NCBI GenBank assembly: GCA_951406725.2
Contig: OX597814.1
Location: forward strand, 205,654,001 to 205,718,000
Direction: 5' to 3'
Length of the DNA stretch: 64,000 nt
From: Octopus vulgaris
Lineage: Eukaryota
Shown here: positions 51,603-64,000 of the stretch, piece by piece
Layout: every line of letters starts with the position of its first letter
Position numbering within the stretch: the stretch's first letter is position 1
Notes under the pieces: model-generated
The model's input: the letters and a program-made list of their open reading frames with translations, nothing else
What the model was told of the DNA's origin: nothing
Database searches by the model: none
Program-made: the position numbers and the translations under genes

Positions 51603-53600
51603 TCATTGTTCAGTTTTATTTCAAGATTCCTTGCCAATAGAGCAAGAACCGGTTTGTAACCTAGATCCAAGGCTCTTTCAATAGAAATTGAACAATAGCA
51701 ACAGGATGTTTTGTATGTGTGTATGAATGTATGTATGTATGTATGTATTTATTTATGTAGATATGTATGTATGTGTGCATGTATGTATGTATTTATTTAT
51801 GTATGTACGTATGTATGAATGTTGTGTGTGAAGATCTATATTTGTGTATGTTTTTATGTTTTCTCATGCATATAGTTACATATCTAGACATACTCATATA
51901 TATTTAAATGATAAACTTCTGGAAAGTTTTACAGATTTTTACAGTTCCAGTGATGGATTGGATCTGTAATCTTCGAATTAGCTTTCTCCTTTCTGGTTTT
52001 GAGAAGCCTAATTTCTCAAAATTGGTATTTAGGCAGTGTGTTATATATCCCTGTGCCCCAATAATTACAGGTATAAACCTGAACTTGTAATCTGGATAGA
52101 GCAACTGCATATTTCTCAATAGTTCAGCAGAGGTTTTCTCTCTTTCACTGATCTACCGCTTTATGTTAACATCCGCTGGGCAGCTAATTTCCACAACTGT
52201 GCACAGTTTCTCTTCTCTATCCCAAATCATTATATCAGGTCTGTTGCTCCTATATTTTACTGAGGTCTTCACTGGGACATTCCACCGGTATTCATTTTTA
52301 TTATGAGTGGCTATGGCATCTACCATATTGTGGATTCTTTTTTCTTTCTTCTTGGGATTATGCTTACCACGGATTTCATTATAGAGTGTCCTAGTTACAA
52401 CATCATGTCTCATCGGTAGATAATACCGTGATGACATTTTCGGACAACTGCTTATGATGAGGGTGATATCTTCAGTGTGAACTCCACAAAGTCTGCATAG
52501 TTTGCCACATTTGAATGCTTTTTCTGTATCTCCATCTCCTTTGTTCACCAGGTACTTGGTTGATATTTCCTGTTCCTCGATAACAAATGCATATCCTTCA
52601 AAGTGCGAGGTAGTAATCCGGCTATTGGTCCATGATAAACTGCTTTGATGATCGATGCTACTATCATCACAAAGCTTTCTACTATCATATCCATGCATGG
52701 TCGTCTGCTTACATAGGCTCATCCTTTCATCTGATGAGACGCTGCGGTAGAGTCGTGTAAGTGTGTACTTTAGGTTCTCAGACAAGGAATGCTGCTCAAG
52801 TCTTATGATGTTATCAGCCTCATGTATGCAAACTTGGTCAAGGGATGCATTTCGACACTTGGCGGTTAAAAGATGTTGCCGAAAGGATATGATGTGACAT
52901 CCAAAGGCATTTTGGATCGATGTTAAACCTCTGCCACTTGTTTTCCTTTCAGGTAGAGGCTATCTACGTCACTGTTTATGTGGAAATTATGTTTTGTTGT
53001 TCATATTTTTCGGGTTTTCACACAAATTGCTAGGATCTCATCAAGCGTCCAATCAAGCATCTCAAATATTGGTACGGGTACTGACACTGCAAACACATTG
53101 TGTTTTATTGAATGCAGATAGATGTGAGGTCCAAATTTTCTTAATTCGGCTGTAATATTCTTTAGTGACACGTGTTTTGTTACAGGTGCCATTGTAAGAT
53201 ATATTTTCATCCACCCCTAGATACCAGATACAGGGGAAACATTCAAATTATTGACGGAGATGCTACTAGTCTAGTTTATAGCATTCCTCCTTTTCACAAC
53301 TATATAACAACATTTATCCTGACCAAAATCTAACCCTACATCCTTTGAGGATGTCGTAACTAGCTCAAGGCTCTTTTTCATCTCATGCATATTCTTTGCA
53401 TAACGTTTTAGGTCAGTCACAAAGAAACAGTGTGTAATTCTGATACTTTTGTTTCCCTGTGAACCAGTGAGATATCCTACAGACTTCTTTAACATGAATG
53501 ACATGGGGTTTACAGGAAATATAAAGATCACAGAAGGCTGTTCCCTTGGAATATGCCTTTGAGACACTGTATTCTATCAGTGATAATACAGTCACTCTTT
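51603..53600 (-). mobile_element. R4/Dong family A LINE 3' half
   Basis: RT, CRLCG...LIISSC, RHD, NRPDIMIWD...EISCP; the 3' terminus matches 44516-44598. Confidence 0.9.
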
Positions 53601-53689
53601 GAGTTTAATCTTAAGTTTGAAAGTGTTTAGTTACAAAAAATTAATTTCTCGATCTGCCGTTCAAATGGAAAAGTTCATAGCTTAATATT

Positions 53690-54480
53690 AGGTTGTTTTA
53701 CATGAATTGTCGTATTTGAAAGCTAACAATAAAATGTTTCAGAAATGTTGGAGAACTGATTCATTTAATCAAAGTATGATCCCTGTTCATTTATCCAAAG
53801 TTTTGTCTATGTCATATTTTCCATCTTTAAAAAGGGAATCCATCATTTGCTGTTAAACTGTCCGAATGCTTCAATCACCTCTTCTCTCTTTACGAATGTT
53901 TTATTGTTTATGAAATAGGCAATATGTGATGATTAGTTGGAGAGATATCAGAGAATGCTGCAAAATCTCATAATTCCGGATTTGCAACATTTGGAACGTA
54001 GCTTGTGGAGAGTGAGCACGTGCAATGTCGTGGAGCAAAATTGGGCCATCTCTCTTCACTATTCTGGGTTGCTTCTTTTTCAAATTCTCACGCATACAAT
54101 CAATTTCCTAGCAATACGATGTTGTTGTTACCGTTTTCCCTTGTTGCAAATATGAATAATGAATAACTCCCTTCGCGGACGACCATACAATGACAACCAA
54201 CTTTTTAGGGTGCAATGGTGCGTTTAGGTGACTCTCCTGCATTTAATCACTGTCCTGTTCTGCTGTTGTCAATGAGTTTCCATTTGTCATCACAAGGAAG
54301 GATTTGATCCAAAAAGGGTCTTTTTCTAGTCGGGAAAGCAATAAGAAGCACATTTAGAGGCTTCTGTTTTTTTTTTGTTTTTTTTCAAATCTCGTTCAGT
54401 TGATGTAGAACAAACCTATCTGTTTTCTTGACTTTTCCAATTTTTTACAGGTGTCCAGAAATTCCCATTCTACTTAGAGT
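53690..54480 (-). mobile_element. mariner transposase remnant
   Basis: FLDQILPCDDKW and PILLHDIARAH...EILQH motifs of the DD34D domain. Confidence 0.75.
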
Positions 54481-55360
54481 TTATACTTACGGAAATGGAT
54501 ACGCAACGTTTCCTCTTCTTTCTAGTTTATAAAAATTTGATAAATTTGGTGACTGAGGAATCCGATCCAAATAAAGAAACGAAAATAAAATTCCAGAATC
54601 ACCGTTAGATATAGCTGTATGGCTAAGAATTCGATTTTCAATAATGTTGCTTTAAATTCGATTATAGTTCATTAGTCTTTGATCATTCTACCATAACTTA
54701 AGGTCGACCCATGGCTTGTAAGGAAAATTGGGTATGCAAAATCTGTGCTGGAAAGATTCAAGGGTTTATTCATGGAATCTTCAATACACGTGGCATAGTT
54801 TAGAATGCATTTACATTGAATGACGACGATATGGTATCAAAGACTATACACATCTCCGAATAATTTTAATGGAGCTTATAAAACCTTTGTAGCATTTATG
54901 AGTTCATCCGCCTGCCTTGTTCTACTCAATAAGAAACAACTTTCTTTTAAATTACACACATTATCTAGATTCCTGCATATGCGGTCTCAGTTCAGATATG
55001 ATCAGGGTAAGATTCATCTCAAGTTATACACATTTTGATACAATAATTTACATTCCTAAATTCGAGTCATAAAAAATCTCTTATTTCTTGCAGCCAGGAA
55101 ATTCACAAAAATTCATTCGAGTTCAAATTACGAAATATTCCAACTAAAATAGGAACTTGCAAAGCACAAAATACAATATGACCTCTGCTCCGCTGGCCAC
55201 AACATTTGTTTTTCTAGTAAATAAATGATAAAATAGATTTACATTCATTTTTAAGTAAATACTCTTTATTTCAAATATTTACAAAATAACGAAACTAAAA
55301 TGAATCTTCAATATTTTATGACTTCTATCTATCTTGTTTTTCTCTTACAGAAAACGAAAT

Positions 55361-57544
55361 ATGGCTGCCATGCAGATGACGATAACAACAAGCAGTTCAC
55401 TTTTCTTTGTGATTACTTTTATTGTCGTTCTAATATCACTAAACATTGAAGCGAAGGAACTTGGAAATAACTGTGAAATTAAGATTTCTCCCAATGTTCA
55501 TAATATTTTATCTAGTTTAGTAAGATCAGACAAAAGGGTTTTCAATTTCGATGTCCATTTATCCGATAAAAAACTTGATGACCTTCTGAAACCCGTACGA
55601 ATGGATTATTTCGCAAACGCGAGACAATTTACCTGGATTCCAGACGAACCAGATGGTTTAATAGCGTATAAGAATTTCTATTATGATTTTTAGATTTACT
55701 CTTTGAATTTATTAGGAGCTTACATTGCTACACCAATCGATATAAATTGTGGGAAAGAAAATATTCAGAGATATGATTTAATACATTTGATTTTCCAGGA
55801 ATTGAAGAAAATCTCAGTGATCGATACATTAAAAATGGGAGAATCTGGTTACATGTGTTTTCTAATAAATTTATCTCAGGATATGAAGAAGAACAGCCCT
55901 GAGTCATTAAAAGCTAACAGAAGAATCGGTTTAAATAGAGAGTTGGTGAAGAACTATTGTTGTAAACTCAATAAAAATGAAAGCTATGTTTATTACCCAA
56001 AATCAATTTGTTCTGGAAATATCATGGAAAATAGTATGTTTCTCAATTATGCAAATATCGTCGGAACTGTTGTATGGGCATATTTTCCCTTAATTATTAG
56101 TGTTCTTTCACTAACGAAATCACCTTCATTTCCCCATCAAAACACATTGCCATACAAATTAGAATGGATCAACGAAAACCATAATACTTACAACTTCCCT
56201 CATTTTCTGTCTTGGTTATTTTGCTTTCATCATTCCACTTTCTTGGCCTCAAAATTAAGAAGATTCTTTTTCATTCTATCTTCTCTTTCAATAATTTTCC
56301 TGGATCTTTTGATGCATTACTTCTTTTTATATGAAACAATAGAAATTCTTTACCAGGATGGTATACCATTGGGACATCGCGCCTTGATATTAGGAATCCC
56401 AGAAAGTTATGAGAATACAGATGGCTGGTTTGGTGGTCCGTTTGTGTGGTTAATCTGTTACGTATGTTTCTATTTTATCCTCTTCGTTCTTCCCAGTCGA
56501 GCAAGTGAGACTATCGCTTATAATACATTACATCAAGGATCCACTTCCACGTTTCTCATTCAAAATATGAGATTATTAGAGAAGTATGGCAATTTAAATG
56601 TTTCTACACTACAGGATTATGATCTACTCTATGCAGTAATGAAAGCTAATATTTCTCTGGCTCTAAACCCAAATTTCTGGTATCTAATAATTTATACTTG
56701 GATTAACCGTATCAAGAAAATTTGGTTATATTACTACAGGAGAAATATTTTCTGGAAATTCATTACACTTTGGCTCTTTGTTTCCATTACAATTTTATTT
56801 GCTGTATTTTCTGTCTGCGAATTATTTCTGTGCCTCGTTTATTATGGAATCCCAATTATGTATCTGATTTTAACTTTACCTTTCAGCTATTCTAAAGTTT
56901 ATATATTCTCACTCTGTACGAATAATTCTCGTATTTTTAAGATTACTGCTGTATTTTTTACTTGTCTATTGCTTCCATTGTATTTTTTATGGACTCTCGT
57001 TACAATCTATATATTTCTTACAAGTTTCCACATCTTATGCTACAGCATATTTACGATAGCTGTTGCAGTTCTTGCTGAACCTGATAATGTCGGTGACGTA
57101 TGGTTTGTTGCCATGTTTTTCGTGTATACCGTTGCAATTGTGAACGCCATCATAAAGCAGTATAACTCAATAATAGTTCAGTCTATAAAACTCACCAAAA
57201 CTGTTTGTCCAAGTTTGGTTCAGTCAAGCTATGGAGAGGAATTCATAAACGCTAAGCTGTTCAAGACAATTGTTTACCATCATTTTCCATTGAGATACGA
57301 GATTGGTAAATCCATTATAAAGCTGTTTCTAATCGTATCTTTTTTCTTTGCTTGTAACAATATAATAAGTCGAGAAGACTTGAACTTATCAGCGTTCACA
57401 AGGATTACTTTGATATTGATGACGTCTATGATACCTAAATTGTTGTCTATAATAAATACAAATCGTAGGTTAACAATAACCATGTTAGATAAAATTATCG
57501 AAAGAATTAATGTATATGCCGGAGACGTTAATCCAGTTATTTGA
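55361..57544 (+). pseudogene. Array copy 4: full-length reading frame with one in-frame TAG (55691-55693); pseudogene or recoded gene
   Basis: ORFs 55334-55693 and 55703-57544 are in the same frame; ATG at 55361, 10 nt after the ttacAG acceptor; most diverged paralogue. Confidence 0.8.
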
Positions 57545-57641
57545 TATTCTTTAATAAAATCAAAGGTACTTCAGAGTGTTTTATGGATTATTAACTACAG
57601 TGTATAATATAATAATGATGATGATGATGATGATGATGATG

Positions 57642-57719
<78 letters not shown>

Positions 57720-58582
57720 TTAATATTGCTGGTTCAGGACATTCTCACAGTCACAACGACACTCAGCTCCCTCCTCCCCTCTCACTCTCTCGTATATGTA
57801 TATATATATATGTAGTGGTCTATGTAGCTAAATAGTTGAATGATGTCCCTTGCAAGAAGGTTTATAGAGTAGTCTCCCTTCACTGAGGTTCTGGAAACAT
57901 CTGTGCCATGAAAGCGGATTCTTTATTATTCAAGAAGCTTAGCATTTCTCTTGGAAGTTTCTAGAATATCTAGCGTTCCATTAATAAAAACAGCTTGCTA
58001 ACCCTGCTTTCACTTCTCAGTCGATTAGACTTAGAGCCATTCACGTCATTGCTATGTCCGTCTGTTTCTCTACGCCACATGACTGAAAATCACCACGTAG
58101 CTGTTATTTCCATATTTCCTATCTCTGATCTGTCTTGCATAGATTATTTCATTCAACTAGATTCTACATTTTGATTATGTATCATCAACGACCATTAAAT
58201 AAAATACATTTTTACGTAGTAAATATTGTTCTTGAATTTATTCATGATCTCTCTATGAAATCTTGTAATAACATACACGTAGCCATATCAGCACCTGGAA
58301 CTGAATATATATTCCCACTACATAAATTGATGGCCCCGACGTGATACGAAGACGCAGCCTTCTGTTACTACTCATCAGTCAACCAGTTTGGCCTATACAT
58401 TCTTTGTCTTAACTTTGGTTCTACTGCAGCTTATCTAAATGTAGCTAATCACGTGTCAAGCATAATTCAGGAAACTAAATTTGATTTCGTTTAAAACTGA
58501 ATTAGTGAGGCTGCTTAGAAGACGCTGAATGTGACAAAAAAAGCTACGTTAAGAATATTATTCAACTGTTACCGTAGTTGAA

Positions 58583-58617
<35 letters not shown>

Positions 58618-58625
<8 letters not shown>

Positions 58626-59572
58626 TAAGAGAGTGGTCACTATATGGCTCACTCTAACACTAGTAAATCCAAAAGGTTTCAACCACAAAAATACATGTTT
58701 CCCATGAAAGTCAGTACGATTGTTAGCTCACACGAACAGGGCAAATAAAAAATAACAAAAATACAGATTATTTTGGGACAATTGTTTCGCTATTAATGAA
58801 TTAAATGTAATTTTACTCACAAAAAATCCACTTGTAGCTCCTCAGCCAAAACTATCTGGATGAAATCCACTCAATCACACGCCAGATTTTACCATAACGA
58901 TAAATACACGTGTGGTTCAATTGATTACATCCGACGTTATAATTCAAATGCCCCTACCAACAGCGCGCCAAACTTTCACGGAAACAAATACTACATTTAG
59001 AAATAAATGTAGCATAATTATAATTAATTAATGAGGGTGAGAGAATTAGATACTAATTTAATAGTATATCTATTCAACACCAAGTGGCCCAGTGCCCGAG
59101 AAACCTGGATTATTATAATATTTTATAATATATTATAATATTTTATACAAAAATAAATATAAGAGAGTGGTCACTATATGGCTCACTCTAGCACTAGTAA
59201 ATCCAAAAGGTTTCAACCACAAAAATACATGTTTCCCATGAAAGTCAGTACGATTGTTAGCTCACACGAACAGGAAACAATTGTCCCAAAATAATCTGTA
59301 TTTTTGTTATTTTTTATTTGCCCTGTTCGTGTGAGCTAACAATCGTACTGACTTTCATGGGAAACATGTATTTTTGTGGTTGAAACCTTTTGGATTTACT
59401 AGTGCTAGAGTGAGCCATATAGTGACCACTCTCTTATATTTATTTTTGTATAAAATATTATAATATATTATAAAATATTATAATAATCCAGGTTTCTCGG
59501 GGCACTGGGCCACTTGGTGTTGAATAGATATACTATTAAATTAGTATCTAATTCTCTCACCCTTATTAATTA

Positions 59573-59575
<3 letters not shown>
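58618..59575 (-). mobile_element. Penelope-like pLTR structure (direct repeat + inverted copy) between (TA)n tracts
   Basis: 58618-58740 repeated at 59153-59274; 59322-59574 is the reverse complement of 59023-59274. Confidence 0.75.
58771..58851 (-). ncRNA. Type I minimal hammerhead ribozyme
   Basis: Minus strand: ttttgg-CTGAGGA-gcta...tagc-GAAAC-aatt-GTC-ccaaaa. Confidence 0.75.
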
Positions 59576-59606
<31 letters not shown>

Positions 59607-60269
59607 CATGTCATATTTTCCGTTTGTTGTCTTCCTGTTATTTTTGTAACGCACGCACTCTTTAATTTCTTGGGATATTTTTGTGTCTCCATGTTTCTTT
59701 CCTTTACTTTTCTCCTCTTAATTTCCCCCCTCTCTCTCTATCTCTTTATCTGTTACCCTCTTCCAACTATCATGTGACCCGTGACGACCTATGGTGGTGT
59801 CATATAATTTTTTACGTTGCCTTCGACCGCACTGGTCACGATTTTCTGAGCTCCTCGCTCTATCTCTCACGTTCCTTAGGACTGTTTTCATATCTCCTTC
59901 GTGTTACCCACTTTCGTCTTGTCTTGCAGCCCCAAGGCTATTTTCTTCCCTATATGTATTATTATCATTATTAATTGTTGTCTTCGTGTGGTTCTAAGCC
60001 CTTATTCTGTTTGTTTTGTCCTTCGACCGTCCACTAACGGTTTCGTCTTGATCCCGTCTCATTTTGTTATATTTTGATCCCATTCCCGGCAAGTCTTTTG
60101 CTGGTGCTTCCAGAGAGGAAACAATATTATCGAAAATGGCTGAAATTGCGTTTGACTCCTCTTGCCGATAACTGACGAAGATTTCGTGACTTTGTGTGTT
60201 TTCTGTTCGCCTGTGCATTTAGTATGTGTTCATTTCTTTATTTACTATACGTTATATATATATATATTT

Positions 60270-60500
60270 GATGTTGCTCCAGTTCACTCCGCTGTAGAAA
60301 TGAGTTGCGACGTCACAGGTACCTAGCTGTATCGACCCCTTTGCCTTTCCCTTGGGTAACACTGGTGGCGTGGAGATGGGAGGCCGGTATGCATGGGCGA
60401 CTGCGAGTCCTCCATAAACAACCTTGCCCGGACTTGTGCCTGAGAGGGTAACTTTCTTGGTGCAATCCCATGGTCTCTGTCGTGACCGAAGGGGCTCTCA
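60270..60500. mobile_element. SINE/LINE-UTR-type interspersed repeat
   Basis: GC-richer block bounded by (TA)n; family not assigned. Confidence 0.45.
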
Positions 60501-60562
<62 letters not shown>

Positions 60563-60588
60563 GTGCGTGTGTGTGTGTGTGTGAGTGA

Positions 60589-60648
<60 letters not shown>

Positions 60649-60945
60649 CCTGTATGCGTGCCTATTTCATTTTGCTTCTCGCCGTTTGTCCTATGCACGG
60701 AACCAAATCCTTACATGTGTTTTACCATTTTGTTCCGGTTGTTTTATGTCTAGCTTCAGTCATGACAACGTATCTGTCGTGCTGATGACGCCTGTTGACC
60801 TAGAAATACCTGTTACAACTATCCTGTATCCACCCCACTCCCCACGCAAGCCATTTAAATGTATAATCTCAAAGAATATTTGATTGCTTAATCTTATCTT
60901 TCTGCCTGATTTAATTCAGATTTTTGTTTATTTCGCTTCGAATCA

Positions 60946-60951
60946 AATAAA
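60946..60951 (+). terminator. Homologue of the poly(A) module, displaced 3.4 kb behind copy 4
   Basis: 60780-61050 aligns with 8400-8670; AATAAA retained. Confidence 0.45.
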
Positions 60952-61261
60952 GAATTCATTTGGATATCTACTTGAACGTTGTTTGACTTTCTTCTCGAAA
61001 CCCATTCCTCTGGACACTATGGCTTATTAATCTCTATCCATTTCCGCTTTTTTGTGCGCGTGTGTGTATCAATCAAAGCATACAGTAATATAGCTCCTTT
61101 ACAGCCGATCCCACTAATCGTATTCGATAACCAGGTATTAGATACCTGTGTGGTTAATTAGCACCACGTCCTTTGGTAAAATAGCTGGTAGGGGAAAAAA
61201 TATAGCGACCGCTCTCTTATTGGAGGTGAAAATTTTCACGGCCACTCTGTGGATGCTGTGG

Positions 61262-61657
61262 GGACTAGACTACAGGATGCTTGTGAAATCTGGACAGTTT
61301 ACCAGACATGCCAAAAAATGTAACCACTTTCACCTGACACACTTGCGAAAAGTTCTTAACATCAGAGGACAATAAAGCTCCAAATAAAAGTGTTATCGAC
61401 AGAGCTAATATTCCAAGCGTGTATGCTTTATGAGCGAATTCTAACTGCGGTAGAGTGAACATGTAGCGCACATGCTCGACTTCACTCTTTCCAGACAGAT
61501 CTTCGCAAAAGTAACATTTGGTTCTTGATCACAATGTGGACCAAACAAAAGATATAAAAACACGCACAAGACAACCTTGGAAAAAGTATAACTTTTTGGA
61601 AGCAACTTGCTAAGAATGGCCTATTGTGTAAAAATCCAAACAAACGACGTCCTTTGT
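61262..61657 (+). mobile_element. RTE-like LINE 3' fragment flanked by ~98-bp direct repeats
   Basis: HFHLTHLRKVLNI...RANIPS; flanks 61163-61261 and 61658-61755. Confidence 0.6.
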
Positions 61658-62056
61658 ACCACGTCCTTTGCTAAAATAGCTAGTAGGGGGAAAATATAGC
61701 GACTGCTCTATTATTGGAGATGAAAAATTTCACAGCCATTCTGTGGATGCTGTGGAAAAGAGCGAAACCTCAAGAGAAATCAGTGAGGGATTCATCAAGT
61801 GTTATATTCTTTAGACCTACAGTATCCAACATAGCAACAAGACAGCAAAAGTCTAGTGAAAATACGTACAGGTAGAATTTCCAGGTTGGTATATGTGAAG
61901 AGTTTGCTTTCTAGGGTGATAGGTGTGTCGGGTGGGTGCCCATCCATGTTTCGGGTGAAATGGATGTCTAATACTTAATGCCTTGTTTAATATACCCACT
62001 ATATTGATAAATATACGAGTGCATATATGTTTCCTTGACCTTTGGATTTTCAGACG

Positions 62057-62107
<51 letters not shown>

Positions 62108-62449
62108 TACAAAATTAGAAAATGGAGAAACATACTTAAATCAATCAAACATCAACCATCAGATGATACCCAAACAATACTTTATTACACCATTACATAA
62201 CAGTAAAGGCATTATACAAAATATATTGTAAATATAATTAGACAAGGAAATAGAAATATAAAATATAAAATATAATATGTAATTATATCATATCTGACAG
62301 CTGTTTCGGCAATAAGGATATATATATATATATATAAATATATAAATTCAGGGTGAGTACTTGATAATTGTAAGCACCTGTATATACCGTTCGGTGGTGT
62401 AGGTGGTGGAGTAAATTAATCAAAATAAAAATATGATGCCAAGGATTCA

Positions 62450-62527
62450 GCGGTACATATGTTTCGGGCCTTTATTAGACGGATTTATAACAATGCATAA
62501 TGTGTGTCTATGGCCTTCTTCAGCCGC
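62450..62527 (-). ncRNA. Type I minimal hammerhead ribozyme
   Basis: Minus strand: gcgg-CTGAAGA-aggcc...ggccc-GAAAC-atat-GTA-ccgc. Confidence 0.7.
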
Positions 62528-62598
62528 GCACAATTACTACTTCAAGGACATGTATTACATCAAAAATTCTACGTTGGGGATTCATATATATATATATT

Positions 62599-62668
<70 letters not shown>

Positions 62669-62676
62669 TGTATATA

Positions 62677-64000
62677 CTAGCAGAGTTACCCGGCGTTGCC
62701 CGTGTTACATACAATTGAAGAATTAGACTTTTTGTAATATTTTCTGTAATGAACTGGAATACCTATGTTTCGAATTTCATCAAAATTACAGATGAGGGTT
62801 ATTTCCCTCTTTACACACCCTAAAAAATTGTAATCGTGCCACATGTATCCCATACTACTGATTTTTATGCGCATATTCCAAAATTCCAGTCTTATAGAAC
62901 CTGTTAAAAGGATTTTGCTCCTGTAAAATGGAGCTCACGGAGCTCTAAAATATTAAGGCCCCTATTGGGGATGGGTGTCTTAATGTCAACCAGAGAAGTT
63001 GAACTTTTGAGAATCTTTTTTACTTGGGTCTTATATGTACAGCTTGAATTTCTTTGAAATAGGAAATATATGTTCACTGGATTTGTAGAAGGGAGCAAAG
63101 CTACAGGAAACCAAAAGATGAATGATAACAATAAGCAGTCAGCTACAGTACCCTAGTCGTTACCACTCCCAATGTAGGATTCCTCACCATCCAGGTGACA
63201 GGCACAGCCGTAAGATGCATTACGAATCTATAGCAATTGGTAGGGCGTGACCCATCTGAAATAAACATTAACAACTGTGTGACGTGAGGGCTAAGGAGAA
63301 ATGAAAGTGTCACCTCTGGATTTTGCAAATGACCGCTATACTGATACGTAACTGGACAGAATAAATTTACAATCTATAAATGTCTTTGAATAACCAGTCA
63401 CTCATCTGGGAAGACCTTGAAATCAATGTTACCATCTAGGGACTATGTGTGACCCAGTGATAATAAAAAGACTGAAAGGAGGTCTGCAATCAAATAACTT
63501 TACTCCACACTTTGCAACTGAATTAGTGGAAACAAAGATGCCTCTCATTTACTTGACAATTTATGCAGCACATTGCAGAAATCACAATTTAAGTGTATGT
63601 CAAAGCAAACTCTTACACTGTTGTACCATTGAATTACAAATAATGCTTATCTGATATGCTCGGATGGCCCCACAGCTTCCAAGAGCACAACTCCATTCGT
63701 CTTTGCTTAGATAAAATGACTAAATTGTGGGTGTTAAGTCCCCATGAAGGGGTCTTTCTAACTTGTAAGATGAAATTTTATATTACTTCATTTGTATCAA
63801 ATATCTATAGTTAAAATGTCATCAACAGCAAAAATACATGAATTGCCATGGGGGTTATGGCCGTTATGCATAGAATATAATTTCCAAATTTCGTAAAGAT
63901 CCATTCAGTACTTTTGACTTAGTTTTGGATCATAAAAGAAATGACTAAAATTTGGGAGTTAAGGCCCCCATTAGGGTGTCTTAGAATCCTCATGTGAAGT
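62677..64000 (-). mobile_element. Helitron-like element (3' end at 62677); extent uncertain
   Basis: a-CTAG-cagagttacccggcgttgcccgtgt (reverse 3' hairpin + CTAG) next to (TA)n; aaatttcgtaaagatccattcag core near 63890. Confidence 0.5.

Noticed and set aside
49502-51684. 500-720 aa ORFs on both strands (YIHT/MYVC repeats)
   Set aside because: Translations of a stop-free tetranucleotide microsatellite; the same applies to ORFs at 232-736, 20542-21133, 25468-26231 and 44842-45227.

Overview
AT-rich, microsatellite- and transposon-dense animal DNA. The SINE, R4/Dong-LINE and Penelope repertoire looks like an octopus/coleoid genome (inference). The core of the window is a head-to-tail tandem array (+ strand) of four paralogues of an unrecognised ~740-aa membrane protein: signal peptide, ~200-aa ectodomain with six invariant Cys, then about 10 hydrophobic helices, with the whole CDS in one exon. 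Copies 1 (5612-7825) and 3 (34229-36451) are intact. Copy 2 has a 1-bp deletion and a TGA. Copy 4 has a single in-frame TAG. Each copy is preceded by a conserved 43-44 nt non-coding micro-exon (five in total), and three copies share a poly(A) module. Divergence between paralogues is concentrated in a few helix-end patches, as expected of a diversifying receptor family. The intergenic and intronic DNA holds microsatellite-flanked R4/Dong LINEs, Penelope pLTRs with hammerhead ribozymes and a ~250-bp hairpin, piggyBac/Tc1/mariner/Helitron/RTE remnants, SINEs, and an APE-LINE 5' part with an intact Myb/SANT+CCCH ORF1. TE boundaries are approximate and read by eye.
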